Virus record (IMG/VR): IMGVR_UViG_2740892219_000010
Coordinates: 1-64,000 of that record
DNA from: a virus
Lineage: Duplodnaviria > Heunggongvirae > Uroviricota > Caudoviricetes
Direction: 5' to 3' (one strand)
DNA: 64,000 nucleotides
The notes under the pieces are model-generated. The model searched no databases and was not told where the DNA came from. It saw only the letters and a program-made list of their open reading frames with translations. The translations under genes and the position numbers were made by a program. The number at the start of each line of letters is the position of its first letter. Position 1 is the first letter of the stretch. Positions 20,305 through 28,933 of the stretch are shown in pieces.

Positions 20305-20333
20305 TAAAAACCGCCCATAGGCGGTTTGATTTC
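20305..20333. terminator. bidirectional rho-independent terminator
   Basis: AAAAACCGCCCATAGGCGGTTTGATTT: 7-bp GC-rich stem flanked by an A-run upstream and T-rich tail downstream; lies between convergent genes. Confidence 0.5.
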
Positions 20334-20335
20334 AC

Positions 20336-20584
20336 TTAGCAATCGACCAGATAGTCGTCTATATTTGATACACTTGCATAATTGCGGTCATCTGGTAATG
20401 GAAACAATGGATCATAAATAACCCATTGCGCCTCAGACATTCCATCCTGGCCTTGCTCGTTCTTACAAGAGCGCAGTTTATAGTGAATAATTTTTTCTAC
20501 GTTGCTATATTCATTTCTTGCATAAATCTCATACTTATTATTACCTGGCAATAGCAATGTCTTAACAAGTTTTAACTTAGGCAT
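20336..20584 (-). CDS. hypothetical protein (moron)
   Basis: 82-aa AT-rich ORF ending just before the terminator; weak RBS. Confidence 0.35.
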   Translation of the reverse strand: MPKLKLVKTLLLPGNNKYEIYARNEYSNVEKIIHYKLRSCKNEQGQDGMSEAQWVIYDPLFPLPDDRNYASVSNIDDYLVDC

Positions 20585-20685
20585 AATATTTCATTATGTC
20601 ACATTAGTGAACCATATAGTTTTTCTATAATGCCAACTCGTAAACCTAATTCAAGGTACTTAATACCGAAAACAGCAAGTTACAA

Positions 20686-20877
20686 TCACTTTGCCTGGCA
20701 AGCCGTTACGACACCGGTTGAATCAATACAACCACCGTTCGCAGTAGTAATCTTCGTACCCGGCGCGATCATCACGTGTTTAATGCTGCTGCCGTCAGCG
20801 CGAGTCGCTTCGGTGTATGTCGAATGTGTACATCCTGCCAGCGTGAAGAACGCGACAGCTAAGAGAAGTTTTTTCAC
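20686..20877 (-). CDS. small lipoprotein (possible outer-membrane spanin component or Bor-like cargo)
   Basis: 63 aa; signal peptide with lipobox LAGC (MKKLLLAVAFFTLAGC); starts 8 nt after the endolysin gene. No separate i-spanin ORF was found. Confidence 0.55.
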   Translation of the reverse strand: MKKLLLAVAFFTLAGCTHSTYTEATRADGSSIKHVMIAPGTKITTANGGCIDSTGVVTACQAK

Positions 20878-20884
20878 GTTTTAC

Positions 20885-21364
20885 CTACGCTTCTGAGATA
20901 GATTTCTCAGCATTCACGAATGGAAGTGATTGTGGAACATCCGTTTGACCTGCTGGCCAGCGATAGCCGGTAACGCGTGAGCTCGGAAAAGCTTTGATAT
21001 TTACTTCATCTGCCTGGTTACCCCCCAAAATCATTAAATCCCCGGCGGCATTTTTCCCGACAACAAAGCCAACGTGGCCACCGCCAGACCGGGACAGAAT
21101 AGCAATGCATCCATAGGCGGGTTCCTTCAGTTCATTACCCCAATCGAGATAAGAATTCGCAGACTCAAAACGCGTTGAGCGAATACCCGCACGTTCCAGC
21201 ATTGCCCCGGTGAAAGCAGCGCACCACGGGGTTTCATCATCCTTAATGCCGCCGCGTTTGATATCTTTCCAGTACTGCACAATTTCTGCAGCATGTTGCT
21301 TCCCTTTCATTTCCCGAATGCCGAGATTTTTTCGTGCCTCAATTAGCCATTTAGGATCGGTCAT
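20885..21364 (-). CDS. endolysin, predicted Cys/His peptidoglycan hydrolase (CHAP/NlpC-P60-like)
   Basis: 159 aa with candidate catalytic Cys (WCAAFTG) and His (GGHVGFVVG); immediately downstream of two membrane-protein genes and the Q-like gene. Confidence 0.6.
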   Translation of the reverse strand: MTDPKWLIEARKNLGIREMKGKQHAAEIVQYWKDIKRGGIKDDETPWCAAFTGAMLERAGIRSTRFESANSYLDWGNELKEPAYGCIAILSRSGGGHVGFVVGKNAAGDLMILGGNQADEVNIKAFPSSRVTGYRWPAGQTDVPQSLPFVNAEKSISEA

Positions 21365-21636
21365 TACCTGTCTCCTGTTATTTTTGAAATATTCCCTCGT
21401 GCCCGCCAGACAGCAATACAGATGGTGAGATTGAGAAAGAACTCTGCGGGATCAACCTGCGTATATTTTCCGTATAAAATTCGTAGGGCTATCCAAGCAG
21501 CAGACAGAATCGCCAGGTAAGCAGTTAGTGAGATAAAAAAACGATAGCGGCCTGTTTTTTGAAAAAACATCAACCGTAGTGCCAACATCAGACAGATAAT
21601 TGCATTGGCATTGATGAGGACAGAGTGCAGGGTCAT
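21364..21636 (-). CDS. lysis-cassette membrane protein (holin/antiholin candidate)
   Basis: 90 aa with 2-3 hydrophobic helices; translationally coupled between the holin-like and endolysin genes. Confidence 0.45.
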   Translation of the reverse strand: MTLHSVLINANAIICLMLALRLMFFQKTGRYRFFISLTAYLAILSAAWIALRILYGKYTQVDPAEFFLNLTICIAVWRARGNISKITGDR

Positions 21637-22019
21637 TATTTCATCCCCTTATCTGATTTCCATAAACGAGCTTGTGACATGATCCGCAACAGTGATGTAA
21701 CGCTGATTACTGATGCAACCAGTGCACCAATGGCGGGAGATACTTTTACTGTTATGGGTGGGTTCAGGTGACTCAGCGCCGCATTCAGAATACCGGTAAT
21801 GATGGCTGATGCTGTTTCAGCGCAATACACACCACCAACAAACGAAATGAGTGCGAAAATAACCTGCTTCCAGAATCGATGCTGCCCGGACGACAACACA
21901 TAGAGAGCTGCGCCTGCCAGCGCACAGATCATCACTGCAGGTGTTGCCTCAGGAAATAACGCAGCAAACGTCACCCCCGCCGAGCCAGCAGCAACGCCAG
22001 CGGTTAGAGGTTCAGACAT
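21636..22019 (-). CDS. holin-like membrane protein
   Basis: 127 aa with multiple TM segments; first gene after the pR'/tR' region. Confidence 0.5.
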   Translation of the reverse strand: MSEPLTAGVAAGSAGVTFAALFPEATPAVMICALAGAALYVLSSGQHRFWKQVIFALISFVGGVYCAETASAIITGILNAALSHLNPPITVKVSPAIGALVASVISVTSLLRIMSQARLWKSDKGMK

Positions 22020-22039
22020 GATTTTTCCTGATTCAGAAA

Positions 22040-22064
22040 CGACAAAACCCCGCCGTGGCGAGGT
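22040..22064 (-). terminator. candidate tR' (late terminator downstream of pR')
   Basis: On the minus strand: CCTCGCC-ACG-GCGGGG hairpin followed by TTTTGTCGTTTC. Confidence 0.45.
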
Positions 22065-22124
22065 TCTTAGGGATTTGGCAACATACCAAATTAGCGTTAA
22101 ATATGGCCTATTTTGTTCGGTTTT

Positions 22125-22160
22125 GCAAGTATTATACGCAAACGTCGTCTAAATGGTTCT
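22125..22160 (-). promoter_or_regulatory. candidate late promoter pR'
   Basis: Perfect TATAAT on the minus strand (plus-strand ATTATA at 22131-22136) overlapping the Q stop, ~70 nt upstream of the tR' hairpin; -35 element weak. Confidence 0.35.
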
Positions 22161-22803
22161 GATAATGATGCAAAGTTGCAAGAAGTGCCATTTCATCAAG
22201 TGCTCTCACCGCCTCTTTCATTCCTGCCCAGTGCGGGGAGTATGTTTCGCACCAGGTGGAACGAGAAACAGAAAGCATTACAGCTAGCGCAGATCCGGCC
22301 ATCTCCTTAAAATCCTCGCGTTTATTTGCTGCTGCAACCGCCTGCACGGACAACCACACCAACGAAAGCAGGCGCTTAACTACTTTTCTCTGAGTTGACG
22401 CGGGGATGTGTCCTTTATAGCGACTCCAGACAGCCTCACAAATAGCTGTTTGGTGTTTGAACGCCAGGTTACCACCGTAGCAATAACGCAACCACGCTTG
22501 CTGACTTGCATCCAGCGAGTTCACAGAACGCCGCCAGGATGAATCAGCAAATTCAAAATCATTCATCGGCGGCGCGGGGCGACGTCTGCTGAAACTTTCC
22601 AGAGCGTAAACTGGCGTAACCAGAGCATCAACGGTCCGGTCCTCCAGTTGCACACGGTGAATATGTTTGCGTGGGTATGCGTTTTTGTCTGCCGGTGGGT
22701 GCTCACACAATGCTTCCAGCTGCCCCTTAGAACCACCAGACAAATCCCGCAATGCAGCGCGCAGTTTTATGCGGGTATATTCCAATAAATACTCGTTACT
22801 CAT
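22132..22803 (-). CDS. late antiterminator Q-like protein
   Basis: 223-aa ORF immediately upstream of pR'/tR' and the lysis genes; assignment mainly positional. Confidence 0.5.
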   Translation of the reverse strand: MSNEYLLEYTRIKLRAALRDLSGGSKGQLEALCEHPPADKNAYPRKHIHRVQLEDRTVDALVTPVYALESFSRRRPAPPMNDFEFADSSWRRSVNSLDASQQAWLRYCYGGNLAFKHQTAICEAVWSRYKGHIPASTQRKVVKRLLSLVWLSVQAVAAANKREDFKEMAGSALAVMLSVSRSTWCETYSPHWAGMKEAVRALDEMALLATLHHYQNHLDDVCV

Positions 22804-23096
22804 CAGATAAACTCCTCATCGCGCCAGATAGCCAGTGTTCTGAAAACTCCCTCAGCGTGCATCAACAACAATGAGTCGTACTCGTAATCCGTTTTTGTAC
22901 GTCCGTCGATGGCATCGTGACACGCACTGCAGGCGATAGCGCCCTGCATATCGTGAGGTTTGATGGCTGTGCCGCACGTTCCGGCGAGACGATAATGAGC
23001 CAGTACGCTGGTTTCAGGATTGTGATTGCACACACCGGGGATACGCACAGTACAAGCGCGACTGCGTGCAGCTTTTCTCAGGTCGATTTTTTTCAT
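22803..23096 (-). CDS. Cys-rich nin-region protein (DUF1364/YbcO-like)
   Basis: 97 aa with several Cys/His (CTVRIPGVCNHNP...CSACHDAIDGR); overlaps the Q start by 1 nt. Confidence 0.45.
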   Translation of the reverse strand: MKKIDLRKAARSRACTVRIPGVCNHNPETSVLAHYRLAGTCGTAIKPHDMQGAIACSACHDAIDGRTKTDYEYDSLLLMHAEGVFRTLAIWRDEEFI

Positions 23097-23689
23097 GATG
23101 TGTAATCCAGCAGCTGCGCGGCGGCATTTTCAGCGGCCTCCTGAGAGGCAAATGTGCGGAACAAAATATAATTCCACAGCACATCTAAAACGGCTGAATA
23201 CAGTTGACCGAACTCAAGATCGTCCATCGCTGCAAACGAGATTGAACGAGGTACGCGCATCAAACTGCCGTCTGGCATCTGATGAACGTCATAAAACCCA
23301 GCTTCCATAATCGCCCATGCGCGAAACGCCTCGAACGACTTCACCGCACTGATACTCCCCGCGCGCTTTTCCGACTCATCGAGAAGATACTGATCAGCCA
23401 GCTCTGCCATGACATCACCGTGTCCACCGTAATACGCCAGTAACTTAACGTAGCCGTGAACCAGTTCGCGCTCCGCAGGAGAAATAGCCCCTCCGGACGG
23501 ATGCCAGTAATCAAAGCCCAGGTTGAGAAGTGAGAAAAATTTACGATGAAACGCGGGATTACGCGCCTGTTTGAAATCTGCATACACAACAGCACCTGGT
23601 TTGACTCGTTCAGTCAACCAGCGTTGCGTGTCTGGTGTCGCGGGTATTAGCGAACCGCCGGATACCCTGATAAATGAATGCTGCGCCAT
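23093..23689 (-). CDS. nin-region protein of unknown function
   Basis: 198-aa ORF translationally coupled to the downstream gene; no recognised catalytic motif. Confidence 0.45.
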   Translation of the reverse strand: MAQHSFIRVSGGSLIPATPDTQRWLTERVKPGAVVYADFKQARNPAFHRKFFSLLNLGFDYWHPSGGAISPAERELVHGYVKLLAYYGGHGDVMAELADQYLLDESEKRAGSISAVKSFEAFRAWAIMEAGFYDVHQMPDGSLMRVPRSISFAAMDDLEFGQLYSAVLDVLWNYILFRTFASQEAAENAAAQLLDYTS

Positions 23690-23773
23690 GGTTAACTCCA
23701 GGTGGCGCGGCAGTGTTCAGAAAATGGTGCCGGGTGTTCAATCCAGCACCGATATTATACCGTGTTTTACGCG

Positions 23774-23968
23774 TCAGGGGGGTGTAATAGTATATCCAGC
23801 TATTTCTGCCAACTCGAGAAACGCCATCAGGCTGGCAATCCGCTCATCATCGGTCAGAACACGCACACCAACGATGTGTCCGTCCTTACGCTTGATAACA
23901 GCCCGGCATGTTTCCGGTAGTTCGCCTATAGATTCTTGAATATTCATGTCTTCCCCCCAATGCCACAA
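23774..23968 (-). CDS. hypothetical small protein
   Basis: 64-aa ORF (possible internal start MNIQ); no recognised family. Confidence 0.3.
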   Translation of the reverse strand: MWHWGEDMNIQESIGELPETCRAVIKRKDGHIVGVRVLTDDERIASLMAFLELAEIAGYTITPP

Positions 23969-24098
23969 CCTGTATATTTATACAGTATTTTATGGCATTT
24001 GTCATAACGCCAAATACAATGAGGGAATAATGAACAATTATATTCACGTCGTGAATTTTATTAAACGGTTTTATAGGGGATTAAACCGTTTATGGTCA

Positions 24099-24740
24099 TT
24101 ATTTATCACTCCTGTAAATTGGAATTAACCATTTTCTAATCGTCGACGCTGCAGGTGGGTCAGAGTATTTCGCCACAAAAATACCGGATATGTATTGCAC
24201 GCCACGCGATAATGGCGCTGTCGGGTTTTCAGTAAAAAAACGATCAGCCAGTTCAATGGCTTCGCTTTTTAATCTGTGCTGTGGTCGTCCTCCGCCCTTT
24301 GTTCCCAAGTATCGCGCCAGTTGTTTGAAACGGTAGGCGATGATTAACGGTCGCATCATCATATTGAAAAAATCGCGGGCATCGTTGTCAGCGCCTTGCG
24401 CTATCAACAGTGCAAAAAACAGATACGGGATTATGTACACTTCAGGAGATATACGAACCCGTTCACAAGTTGGTGGAGCCAACTCAATAAGTAAGTCAGC
24501 CAGCGGATTCCCCTTTTCTCCACGTTTGTAATAGCGATACAGCGGCCCGATATCAAGTTCACTCACGTCGATTTCAGGATGCCCGGCAACGACTGTACGT
24601 ATCTCTTCTGCCAGAGCGTCAAATATTGCCCCGGTCCGTTCAAGATAGAGCCTCCGGGTCGAACCGCGATCATCCAACGCCCGTAACATATCTAACCGGC
24701 TAACGAAAGTTTCAGGCCAGTCCTCATAGAAGGTTTTCAT
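24099..24740 (-). CDS. hypothetical protein
   Basis: 213 aa from ATG 24740 with RBS GAGGTAATT; single hydrophobic segment (IIPYLFFALLIAQG). Confidence 0.5.
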   Translation of the reverse strand: MKTFYEDWPETFVSRLDMLRALDDRGSTRRLYLERTGAIFDALAEEIRTVVAGHPEIDVSELDIGPLYRYYKRGEKGNPLADLLIELAPPTCERVRISPEVYIIPYLFFALLIAQGADNDARDFFNMMMRPLIIAYRFKQLARYLGTKGGGRPQHRLKSEAIELADRFFTENPTAPLSRGVQYISGIFVAKYSDPPAASTIRKWLIPIYRSDK

Positions 24741-24983
24741 AATTACCTCGAATAATAAAAACTGCACTATTTGCACAATTTATTATTCGTTTTCACGCCG
24801 CTGAGTTCTATAAAAAAGAAAAAACCTCCGAGGCAGGGTTTTGTTATGGCTCGTTAAATCATCATCCAACTTTTTAGACTGAACGGTGATACTTGCAAAT
24901 ATTTGAAAATATGGGCTGGAACCCTATCTTATGATGTGCCTGGTAATTTATATTGTTGGGTCTTTATATCATGAGGAATCACT

Positions 24984-25217
24984 ATGGGTACGTTAGGCAA
25001 CCAGCCGTGCAGAAGTCGTTATGAGTTCGATGATTTTAATTTAGCCAATCGAGCTGCGGCTCTTACTAAGTTAGCAAAAGAAACTGGTGTATCGGTGGAT
25101 ACCTTAATCAAACTTGAAATTGCTATGCAACTGAATCGGCTCAACTCCATCCTTATCGAAAACGGTGACAAGATGGACGAGAATCTGGCAGGTATTGGCG
25201 AGATACTGCAGAAGTGA
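24984..25217 (+). CDS. small protein, possible helix-turn-helix regulator
   Basis: 77 aa; RBS GAGGAA; segment LTKLAKETGVSVDTLIKLEIA is HTH-like; followed by hairpin CCCCTC-TTCT-GAGGGG at 25222-25240. Confidence 0.4.
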   Translation: MGTLGNQPCRSRYEFDDFNLANRAAALTKLAKETGVSVDTLIKLEIAMQLNRLNSILIENGDKMDENLAGIGEILQK

Positions 25218-25615
25218 GAGTAGCCCCTCTTCTGAGGGGTTGCACATTTAAAATATTAAGGGCGGTCTTCTTCACGTACACAGTCACCTGGTCGAATCGT
25301 TCACGCATACTGAGTACAAAAAATCTCAACGATAAGATCAGGTTAGACCTGTATTTTTCAGAAACATATGGACGCCTAAAAAAACACTAAACTCATGATT
25401 ATCATGTATGTTTTTACTGGAAACATTGAACCATCCACAATACAGCGTAAAAAGCAAGCAATTCACAAGATTTTAAAGTGATTTATCTGGAAGACTTTAC
25501 TACTAACAGTTAATATCGTACCAGAAGTGCAGAATTTGCACTTTTACAGGAATGTGGTACGGAACATGCTGTCTATATTTCAACCAATAATCGTAATGCA
25601 GTAACTGGAGGAGCT

Positions 25616-26104
25616 ATGGCTACCAACCCAAGAGAGCACGCCCGGCGAGTGCTGGACACGTTCTGGTGCGGGCGTGGTTTCCCTGTTGATCCAGCGAAAA
25701 TTGCTCACGACATGGGATTAGATGTTTTTATTACCGATCTTCCTGGGAAAGTTTCTGGCGCACTGATTAAACAAAAAGATCAAGATCCAGCGATCTTTCT
25801 AAACAGTGATGACAACAAAGTTCGTCAACGTTTTTCATGTGGGCATGAGTTGGGGCATTACATCGCCCGGCAAGCATCGCATAGCGATGAATATGAGTAC
25901 GTTGATTTACGTGGCGAAACCGCAAGCGCCGGAACGCATCCTGATGAAATTTTTGCGAACAAGTTCGCAGCAGAACTTCTGATGCCGGTTGATGAGGTCA
26001 GAAAACTGCACGCTGACGGTCAACCAAGTTATATAATGGCGCATTATTTTGGCGTATCTGACGATGCGATGACTTATCGTTTAAAGAACTTGAGGTTGGG
26101 GTAA
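25616..26104 (+). CDS. ImmA/IrrE-family zinc metallopeptidase
   Basis: 162 aa with HEXXH motif (CGHELGHY) and downstream E in the ImmA/IrrE arrangement; strong RBS (GGAGGAG). Confidence 0.75.
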   Translation: MATNPREHARRVLDTFWCGRGFPVDPAKIAHDMGLDVFITDLPGKVSGALIKQKDQDPAIFLNSDDNKVRQRFSCGHELGHYIARQASHSDEYEYVDLRGETASAGTHPDEIFANKFAAELLMPVDEVRKLHADGQPSYIMAHYFGVSDDAMTYRLKNLRLG

Positions 26105-26113
26105 CGCTTTAAA

Positions 26114-26719
26114 ATGCCATCGGATGATGATTTTAACAGCCGTTTCAAACAGGAAGTTGCACGCCGACTGAAGGATTCCCTCAACCTACACCGCCAGTTA
26201 GCAGAAGAGGTTGAGCCGGAGGACGATGAAACTCCGGTTCAGTCTCCTGACGAAGCTTCACCTCAGCCAAAGGTTTCGCACGCCCCCAAAAAAACGGCTG
26301 TCCGTATTCGCGGAATAGCCAGAAAACGAGCTGCCGAAGCTCGCAAAATGGCTGTAGCTGCATCTAGCAAAAGAATTCCAACTGTTACACCCTCTCAACA
26401 AGTCACCCGTACTGAGAGTAAAATCTTGACCGAGTTCACATCTGTGAAACAGGTGAATTCACTTGATACCGAGCATGAGCGCAAACAACTCAACAACAAA
26501 GATTTTGAAGCAGAAATCGCTCTAAAAAAACGATACGGGAAATGGTTCCTGATTATCCTTGCTTTCCAACTTCTGATAATGAATGGTGTATTTATTGCCG
26601 ACGGCGCAGGTAAGCTGGAATTTGAGGATTTAACACTACAGTTGTACATGGGCGGTACTTTGACAGAGGTATTCGGCCTCGTGCTGGTCGTGACAAAATA
26701 CCTTTTTAAACGCAAGTAA
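26114..26719 (+). CDS. membrane protein with acidic/Pro-rich N-terminal region and two C-terminal TM helices
   Basis: 201 aa; starts 10 nt after the peptidase gene; C-terminal TM helices (WFLIILAFQLLIMNGVFIA and LTEVFGLVLVVTKYLF). Its last ~72 nt are duplicated at 31245-31316. Confidence 0.6.
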   Translation: MPSDDDFNSRFKQEVARRLKDSLNLHRQLAEEVEPEDDETPVQSPDEASPQPKVSHAPKKTAVRIRGIARKRAAEARKMAVAASSKRIPTVTPSQQVTRTESKILTEFTSVKQVNSLDTEHERKQLNNKDFEAEIALKKRYGKWFLIILAFQLLIMNGVFIADGAGKLEFEDLTLQLYMGGTLTEVFGLVLVVTKYLFKRK

Positions 26720-26968
26720 CTCTCTCAGTCCAACAGTCTTTCGAAGGCCTTGATCAAAGGGCCTTGATAAATTAGCAGTGCGTTGAAAACAGATAGTTAT
26801 TCCCATCAGTTCCAACGTAATACACATCAAAAAAATCACCATTCTTTTGCTCTAACGTCAACACCTACTCTTAAAAAAATAATTCTCCAAGAATGAGAAA
26901 GTTATTGTGTGTATTAGATAAGATATGAGCTGACACATCTATGGCGTGGAGCCAAATTTAATATGACA

Positions 26969-26992
26969 GTCCGCTCTGTGCCAGGAGCGGAC
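26969..26992 (+). repeat. structured repeat family, partial copy R0
   Basis: GTCCGCTC-TGTGCCAG-GAGCGGAC hairpin matching the 3' hairpin of R1-R3. Confidence 0.6.
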
Positions 26993-27306
26993 GTTGTAAA
27001 GTTTATTTGGAGAATAATGGTTAGAAGAACTATGTAGATCATAGCCCTCTAAAGTCAGTAGTTTTACACCATATAAATGGTCATTTAGAGATAGTACACC
27101 ACCTACAAAAAACGAGATAAAGCGTGCAAGCGGCATGAAGATACATAAAATACTCCATTCTGCACTTGATGTTAGGATGAATACTGACACTCGCTTTGTA
27201 AAGATAAAGATGATCTTGAGGATGATTAGTTTATTAATTATCTCCAATGTTTGTTATTTTGTGATGATAAAGATTCTCTGGATTAATAGGATGGTAATTC
27301 AATTAA

Positions 27307-27335
27307 AAGAGACCTTATAGAAGGCCTCTTTTAAG
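27307..27335. terminator. hairpin terminator downstream of the 27357-27734 gene
   Basis: AAAAGAGACCTT-ATAG-AAGGCCTCTTTT, near-perfect inverted repeat flanked by A/T runs. Confidence 0.45.
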
Positions 27336-27356
27336 TTATGAGAGCTGATTTTATAT

Positions 27357-27734
27357 TCAATAGAGTATTCTCATCGAAGAAATAACCTCATAAAATGTAA
27401 AGACAGCCAGCAAAAAAATACAGATAAAGATAAGGGAAATAGCACACTTAACTAAGGACTGAATCCCCCGAGGTGTTCCCCATGGTTTAGACATTTGGGT
27501 TATAACCCAAATAAATAAGGCCATAAAACAGCAAACACCAGCCAATCCGAGCAGAGATATTATGACAACTCCAAATAGATTTCCAACATCTAGTTTATCT
27601 GTTTTTGCAACTAGGGTTAACAAACCAGCAATAATAGTTGCTATCGATATTCCCGCAATGGTTGTGAGATCAGCGATAACAGCCAGTTTTTCTTTAGTAT
27701 TTCCTTGAGTAAAAACCTCTAAAATTGATTTCAT
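27357..27734 (-). CDS. small integral membrane protein (cargo cassette 1)
   Basis: 125 aa, 3 predicted TM helices, RBS AGGTGG; AT-rich codon usage unlike the phage backbone. Confidence 0.6.
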   Translation of the reverse strand: MKSILEVFTQGNTKEKLAVIADLTTIAGISIATIIAGLLTLVAKTDKLDVGNLFGVVIISLLGLAGVCCFMALFIWVITQMSKPWGTPRGIQSLVKCAISLIFICIFLLAVFTFYEVISSMRILY

Positions 27735-27847
27735 GGAAAATAACCACCTACTATCGATTATATTCAGGAACTTTTTATCATAACGATATCAGATAGATAA
27801 GGATATTGTAATATTTTGGATGATTTAAACTTACTTTTGTAACTCTA

Positions 27848-27915
27848 ATGTCCACTTTTCGCTCACAGCGGACCTTTAGCTCAGTTACCTCGTCCGCTTT
27901 GTGCCAGGAGCGGCC
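27848..27915 (+). repeat. structured repeat unit R1
   Basis: ATGTCCACT...CGCTCACAGCGGAC...GTCCGCTTTGTGCCAGGAGCGGCC; two tandem hairpins sharing stem GTCCGCT/AGCGGAC; in a divergent intergenic region. Confidence 0.7.
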
Positions 27916-28176
27916 GCTAACCTGATTGACGGGAAATCATATTAAGTCGGCATAAAAAATTAGAATATCTTTAGTGACTATTACTAATGTGTGTGTATAA
28001 CTTATGCCTAATTTATCGCTCCGGCTGAGGGAATCTTGCCTCCGCTGTCACTTTTAGGTATGTTAACAACTATTTTTACAGTGGTTCCGAGTTATGCTAT
28101 CTAACAGATTACTTGAACCGAGTCCGTTTATCAGTATGGCGTTTTATATGCTCAGAGTCCATCCAAGGAGTGACTT

Positions 28177-28653
28177 TTGAAATTTGAACAAATCTATAAA
28201 AATATTACTGGCCTTAGCTGTCCCATATTCGGGATTCAGTGGAATGCTCCAATAATAGAAACTGACGAAGCGAAGAAGTTCGTCATTTTTCTTGAGGACA
28301 AGCGCGTTCTTTTCAATCCTGTCGACATGGAGGGTGCTAGTCATTGCACTTCGAGTGTTATCAACATTAGATCTGAATTGACTAAAGTCCTACAAGGTTT
28401 GCCGAGCGATTCACATTTAGCAAAACAATTAAGGAAAATGAGAAAAGCATGCCAAGAATTCTGTGACAGCGTTGGCTCCCCTCACTTTATCCAACTTGAT
28501 CATCCTGTTCAAATATCCATACTTGAGCGAGCCCTTTTTAAACTGCGACAAAAGTGTGGTAACTCTCTGGCAGAAATAGCGGTTACCTATGGTCTTGATG
28601 TTGATGACGGATTGGCCAGTATTATCCCTTTTAATAATCCCAGTAACATATAG
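28177..28653 (+). CDS. hypothetical soluble protein (cargo cassette 2)
   Basis: 158 aa, TTG start with RBS AAGGAG 6 nt upstream; no recognised family. Confidence 0.5.
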   Translation: MKFEQIYKNITGLSCPIFGIQWNAPIIETDEAKKFVIFLEDKRVLFNPVDMEGASHCTSSVINIRSELTKVLQGLPSDSHLAKQLRKMRKACQEFCDSVGSPHFIQLDHPVQISILERALFKLRQKCGNSLAEIAVTYGLDVDDGLASIIPFNNPSNI

Positions 28654-28746
28654 CAATGACTATGAATTTGCTTGCTGGATTAATTATCATGCAACCGACA
28701 GTTTTGGGTCGGAAGCGGTTAGCAAATTAGTCATTAGTGAGTCGTT

Positions 28747-28816
28747 ATGTCCGTTCATCGCTCACAGCGGACCTTCAGCTCAGGTAACTTGTCCGCTTCG
28801 TGCCAAAAGCGGACAT
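28747..28816 (+). repeat. structured repeat unit R2
   Basis: ATGTCCG...CGCTCACAGCGGACC...GTCCGCTTCGTGCCAAAAGCGGACAT; outer 7-bp inverted repeat ATGTCCG/CGGACAT; in a convergent intergenic region. Confidence 0.7.
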
Positions 28817-28933
28817 GTCAAAGCGCAGAGTGAATGGCTAAGTCTAGCTCATTAAAAATGTTCACTTCATGAAAATGGCTGCAGCAAGAATCTATCTCAC
28901 TGCGGCCTCTTTACAATAACGAAATTTTGCAAG

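Noticed and set aside
26939-27247. 102-aa minus-strand ORF and overlapping 61-aa plus-strand ORF in the AT-rich gap
   Set aside because: Low-complexity Ile/Leu/Phe-rich translations of AT-rich intergenic DNA with no RBS; more likely non-coding spacer or a degraded remnant.
28589-28855. 88-aa plus-strand ORF
   Set aside because: Reads through repeat unit R2 and overlaps the 3' end of the 28177-28653 gene; produced by the repeat sequence, not a gene.
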